The notes beneath the pieces were generated by a model that was not told where the DNA came from, made no database searches, and saw nothing but the letters and a program-made list of their open reading frames with translations. A stretch of 64,000 nt of DNA, from NCBI GenBank assembly GCA_963621535.1, contig CAVFEQ010000003.1, positions 5,926-69,925 on the forward strand, written 5' to 3'. Source of the stretch: Paludibacteraceae bacterium (GTDB taxonomy: Bacteria > Bacillota_I > Bacilli_A > RFN20 > CAG-826). Position 1 is the first letter of the stretch; every line of letters starts with the position of its first letter. Shown here in pieces: positions 60,690 through 64,000 of this stretch. The translations under genes were made by a program, and so were the position numbers.

Positions 60690-61871
60690 ATGAATGAAAT
60701 TACAAAGAAAAACGATTTCGCCACGTTCTTGGTGTATCTTGGGATGTTCGCCATCGCCTTGCTCGTGGGGCTTTTAGTCATCTCTCCTGCGATCAGGGCG
60801 AATAACATCGCCACCCCGACTGCCATTGTCATCGTGGTGATTTCCGTCCTTGTCGGAGTCATCTTCAATAGCGCCTCCCTCGAGCTTCTTCATATGCTCG
60901 GCGCCGCCGCGGGCGGATATAAGATCCTCAGCGTCTGCATCCTTAGCCTTACCTTCAAAAAGAAGGGGAAAGACGGGAAAAGATTTGTTTTCGCTAGCTT
61001 CGACGGTTTGACCGGCGAGACCAAGATCGTGCCTAAAGACGTTGAGAAATCCTCGCCAAGCGGCATCGTTTTCTTCCCGATGCTTGGCTATCTTTTGGAA
61101 GTCGTTATCCTCTTGATTCTCTCCGCTTGTCTTTCCTCTTATCTCCCCTGGTTCCCCATCGCTTGCTATGTCGTTTTGGCGATCGGCGGCATGATTTTCG
61201 TCTATAACGATTTTCCAGCGCATCTAGACTCCGTGACGGATGGCTATTTGCTTATCTTGCTCACGAAGCCCATCAACCGCATCGCCTATAACCAGATCCT
61301 TGTCGCGGAGAGGAGCGAAAACAAGGAAGAGGCCCTTGCCTCGCTTCCGATTTACGAAGAGCTTTCTGACTTCACCGCGACCCTTAACACCCTCGCCGCC
61401 TACCGCTTGATTTTAAAAGGCGATAACGAAGGGGCCTTGCGCATCTTCACCAAAATCTGCGAGGCGGAGAAAAACGTCAGCAAATCCGTCCGCGAAGAAG
61501 CGCTTTGCCAGCGTCTTGCCTTGTTGCTTCTAATGGAAAAGAAACAAGAGGCCAAAGACTTCTACGAAGGGATGGACGACGCCATGCGCAGGTACATCGC
61601 TTCCTTAGCAAATCTGCCGGCGCTTCGCTGCTACGCCCTCGTCGCAGGCATCGTCGAAGAAAGCGATACCGAAGTGAGCTGGGCCTTCGACAAGGTCGAG
61701 CGCCTTCAAAAGAAGGTCTCCGGAGTGATTCTTCAAGGCGAGAACAAACTTCTCAATGATTCCTTTTTCTATTTGAAAAAGATGCATCCTGGCTGGGACA
61801 TCCAAGCCGATTTCATCGATCATCAAAATAGCGAAGAGAAGAAAGAAGAAAAGAACACCGAAAACAAATAA
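60690..61871 (+). CDS. hypothetical membrane protein (N-terminal ~4 TM helices plus C-terminal helical/TPR-like cytoplasmic domain)
   Basis: 393 aa. Hydrophobic segments up to about residue 200, then a charged helical domain. No catalytic motif seen. Confidence 0.4.
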   Translation: MNEITKKNDFATFLVYLGMFAIALLVGLLVISPAIRANNIATPTAIVIVVISVLVGVIFNSASLELLHMLGAAAGGYKILSVCILSLTFKKKGKDGKRFVFASFDGLTGETKIVPKDVEKSSPSGIVFFPMLGYLLEVVILLILSACLSSYLPWFPIACYVVLAIGGMIFVYNDFPAHLDSVTDGYLLILLTKPINRIAYNQILVAERSENKEEALASLPIYEELSDFTATLNTLAAYRLILKGDNEGALRIFTKICEAEKNVSKSVREEALCQRLALLLLMEKKQEAKDFYEGMDDAMRRYIASLANLPALRCYALVAGIVEESDTEVSWAFDKVERLQKKVSGVILQGENKLLNDSFFYLKKMHPGWDIQADFIDHQNSEEKKEEKNTENK

Positions 61872-61892
61872 AGCGGGCCGACGCCCGCTTTA
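61872..61892. terminator. bidirectional terminator GCGGGC-cgac-GCCCGC flanked by A-run and T-run
   Basis: aaataaaGCGGGCcgacGCCCGCtttatt between convergent genes. Confidence 0.7.
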
Positions 61893-62138
61893 TTCATTAA
61901 CTAGGAAATTGTATTTGATGGCCTCGCCGTCGAATATCTTCGCCTTAAGAAATTCTGCCTTCACCTCATCCTCGCCCTGTCCCCACACATCGAAAACGAC
62001 CTCGTCGTCTTTTCCCTTATCGATTCTCCTAGTGTATATCTCATCAATGATCTCCGCGGGATATTTGCGGATTCTCTTGTGCATTGGTTTTTTCCTTCTC
62101 GAGACCCCAACAAACTTCGCGCCAATTGGTGAAGCCAT
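61890..62138 (-). CDS. hypothetical small protein
   Basis: 82-aa ORF following the terminator. No recognisable domain. An overlapping plus-strand ORF makes the call uncertain. Confidence 0.3.
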   Translation of the reverse strand: MASPIGAKFVGVSRRKKPMHKRIRKYPAEIIDEIYTRRIDKGKDDEVVFDVWGQGEDEVKAEFLKAKIFDGEAIKYNFLVNE

Positions 62139-62266
62139 TTAGGCAGAGAGTCGCCTCGTTAAACTCACTTAAAAAGAGGAGTACTATCCTTTTTTCTCTA
62201 CTTGGATCGGTGTCCGTTGCAAAAAGCCGTGCAAATCAATTAATTAATAATAGGCGATAGGATACG

Positions 62267-63328
62267 CTACTTGATGATTTTATAACGTCTAATTCTTTTA
62301 TGAACAATCATTGGTTCTAAGAATCCATTGTTCGATAACTCAGAACACCAATTAATAATTGTTCTATTTGTAACATTCATTTTCTGAGACATTTCAATCG
62401 GGGTGAATGCTACGACATTATTCTTTGAAAGATAATCAAGAAACAATTTTGCTTTGCTAGATAGATGAGACAGCCGCTCATTAGCGTTATCTTTTGTTTC
62501 GCTTTCAGCGATCGATAATACTTTATTGCTATATAGATTAAATACCTTTAAGAAATACTTAATCCATATTTCTGGATGTGGTGGGTTATTTCTCCCCTCA
62601 TAATAAAGAACCGGTAAGTCCATCTGCAAAGATCGATAATATTCTTCAATGTCGTATGAGATATATTCTTCTAATGAGCCTATATTTTTAAACCCATATC
62701 CACATAAAGATAGATAATAAGAAGACATTATTCTAGCTGTTCTACCATTGCCGTCTTCAAATGGGTGGACAGTCACTAACTGGTAATGAATAGTCGCGGC
62801 TTTAATTAACGGATGATCACTGGAAGAATTAACGTAATTAAATAATTCGTTCAACAAAGATGGCACTTCATTATATTCAGGCGGAATATATGCAGGAGTG
62901 CGGTCTTCGTTCCACACCGCGAATAAAACGCCTGGAGGCATTGAACCTCTAAGGCCAATCTTTTCTTTTGGCTCACCATCGCAAATTTGTTTTTGAACTT
63001 CTAGCAACAATTCAATAGATAGAGGCTCTTTCTTTTCTAATTTATTTTCTAGAAGGTCTAACGCTAAATAATAATTTCTTATTTCTTGTTCAGGTTTTAA
63101 AAAATGCCTATTTTTAGTTTCTATAGCCGCCTCAGCTTGTTCGTATGTTAAAGGATTACCTTCTATTCTATTAGAGGCATATGAAGTTCTTTTCTTAGTA
63201 TTTTTTCGAAATTTATTAGAGATATTAATTGGAATCTTAATCAAATCTAAAGAATCCTTATTCTTTTCTATAGCAAGAATTGAATTTAAGATTTCATTAT
63301 CGATAGTGACTTTGATCATAGAATGCAC
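62267..63328 (-). CDS. Fic-family protein (AMPylase-type, class II with N-terminal inhibitory SxxxEG motif)
   Basis: 353 aa. Fic motif HPFEDGNGRTAR. SNRIEGN upstream of the core matches the [S/T]xxxE[G/N] inhibitory motif. C-terminal winged-HTH-like tail. About 33% GC. The track start is GTG 63328; ATG 63319 is an alternative. Confidence 0.85.
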   Translation of the reverse strand: MHSMIKVTIDNEILNSILAIEKNKDSLDLIKIPINISNKFRKNTKKRTSYASNRIEGNPLTYEQAEAAIETKNRHFLKPEQEIRNYYLALDLLENKLEKKEPLSIELLLEVQKQICDGEPKEKIGLRGSMPPGVLFAVWNEDRTPAYIPPEYNEVPSLLNELFNYVNSSSDHPLIKAATIHYQLVTVHPFEDGNGRTARIMSSYYLSLCGYGFKNIGSLEEYISYDIEEYYRSLQMDLPVLYYEGRNNPPHPEIWIKYFLKVFNLYSNKVLSIAESETKDNANERLSHLSSKAKLFLDYLSKNNVVAFTPIEMSQKMNVTNRTIINWCSELSNNGFLEPMIVHKRIRRYKIIK

Positions 63329-63431
63329 CCCGATAATAGTATGACATTTTTCATTAAACTTTCACTATTTTTTCACTATTTTTCATTAGACGGGAGTGAC
63401 AATAAGTTTGTTTAATTTGGCACGAACGCCT

Positions 63432-63456
63432 TTGTCTGTCGAGCCCGACAGACAAA
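63432..63456. promoter_or_regulatory. perfect 9-bp-arm palindrome TTGTCTGTCG-agcc-CGACAGACAA, with a third TTGTCTGT copy at 63478
   Basis: Seen in the Fic-tldD intergenic region. No adjacent T-run on either strand, so it is more likely an operator than a terminator. Confidence 0.4.
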
Positions 63457-63686
63457 AAGTCGCATAGCCCTTTTGATTTGTCTGTTTGCTACAAATGAAA
63501 GGAGTTATGCGACGTGTCTTTTATACAGTTATTTTCGTCGATGGTGGCCGAGCAGGCGACATGAGAAAGCTCTTCTCCCGGATCGAGTGCGGAGCGCTAT
63601 ACTTTTCGCGACTCGATTGCGGGCTTGCCTACAAAAACGGAATGCTGCCGCGAAATTTATTTCGCCTTTTGTTCTATTGGGATTTT

Positions 63687-64000
63687 TTATTTGCCCCCGA
63701 TGGACATGGATTTCACGCGCATCGAAGCGATAGAAATCATCCCCTCCGTGAGCTTGACGTCGCTTCCAAAGCCCTCGCAATCAAGGAACATCTTCAGCAA
63801 GTTGCCCGATAAGGTGATGAGGCTTAGAGGCTTGGTGATTTTCCCGTTCTCGATCCAATACCCTTCGGCTTGGCAAGAGAAGTCGCCGGAATTGTCATTC
63901 ATCCCCGTGCCTAAGCCGGCGATGTCGGTGATATAGACCCCTTCTTTTATGTCGGAGATCAGTTCATCGAAGCTCTTTTTCCCTGGCTTGACGAAGACAT
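63687..64000 (-). CDS. TldD/PmbA-family metalloprotease, C-terminal ~105 aa (5' part outside window)
   Basis: Minus-strand frame open to the window edge. The tail GDFSCQAEGYWIENGKITKPLSLITLSGNLLKMF...GSDVKL...MRVKSMSIGGK matches the conserved TldD/PmbA C-terminus. Confidence 0.7.
   Translation of the reverse strand, partial: VFVKPGKKSFDELISDIKEGVYITDIAGLGTGMNDNSGDFSCQAEGYWIENGKITKPLSLITLSGNLLKMFLDCEGFGSDVKLTEGMISIASMRVKSMSIGGK

Noticed and set aside
63486-63812. Plus-strand ORF with an apparent RBS (AAAGGAG then ATG 63507) overlapping the tldD/pmbA 3' end
   Set aside because: The translation has no protein-like features, and it overlaps the conserved TldD C-terminus on the opposite strand. 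Probably a chance ORF.

Overview
The window is a chromosomal replication-origin region from a Firmicutes-like (Gram-positive) genome. Its core is rpmH-rnpA-yidC-jag-mnmE-tatD-rnmV-rsmA-ispE on the minus strand and dnaA-dnaN-yaaA-recF-gyrB-gyrA on the plus strand. DnaA-box clusters flank dnaA, forming a bipartite oriC.

Housekeeping genes upstream of the origin are ftsH (partial), tilS, mfd and pth. Housekeeping genes downstream are serS, tadA and a short SRP RNA.

Three accessory blocks are embedded in this backbone:
- **Block 1 (about 8.8-28.3 kb).** An AraC regulator is divergent from two tandem, paralogous, GC-rich, internally repetitive membrane-anchored surface proteins; promoter, leader and signal peptide are duplicated almost exactly between them. 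They are followed by a translationally coupled carbohydrate operon: an 835-aa lipoprotein, a CUT1-type ABC importer, a Gfo/Idh/MocA oxidoreductase, a GH112 phosphorylase, a GH78-like six-hairpin glycosidase, a nucleoside hydrolase and ribokinase. An FGGY kinase is convergent with it.
- **Block 2 (28.5-31.5 kb).** A GDP-D-glycero-alpha-D-manno-heptose operon (hddA, fused hddC-gmhB, gmhA) lies next to pyruvate phosphate dikinase.
- **Block 3 (53.5-64 kb).** A lower-GC variable region holds an AAA+/DUF4143 ATPase preceded by three 17-bp direct repeats, and a fused ABC-FtsX (MacB-like) transporter with a TetR, an Fe-alcohol dehydrogenase and a membrane/TPR protein. It also holds an AT-rich Fic island and the 3' end of a tldD/pmbA gene.

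No rRNA, tRNA, CRISPR array, integrase or transposase was seen. Coordinates come from the ORF track, with start codons refined by RBS inspection. Positions of non-coding features are approximate (about 3 nt).
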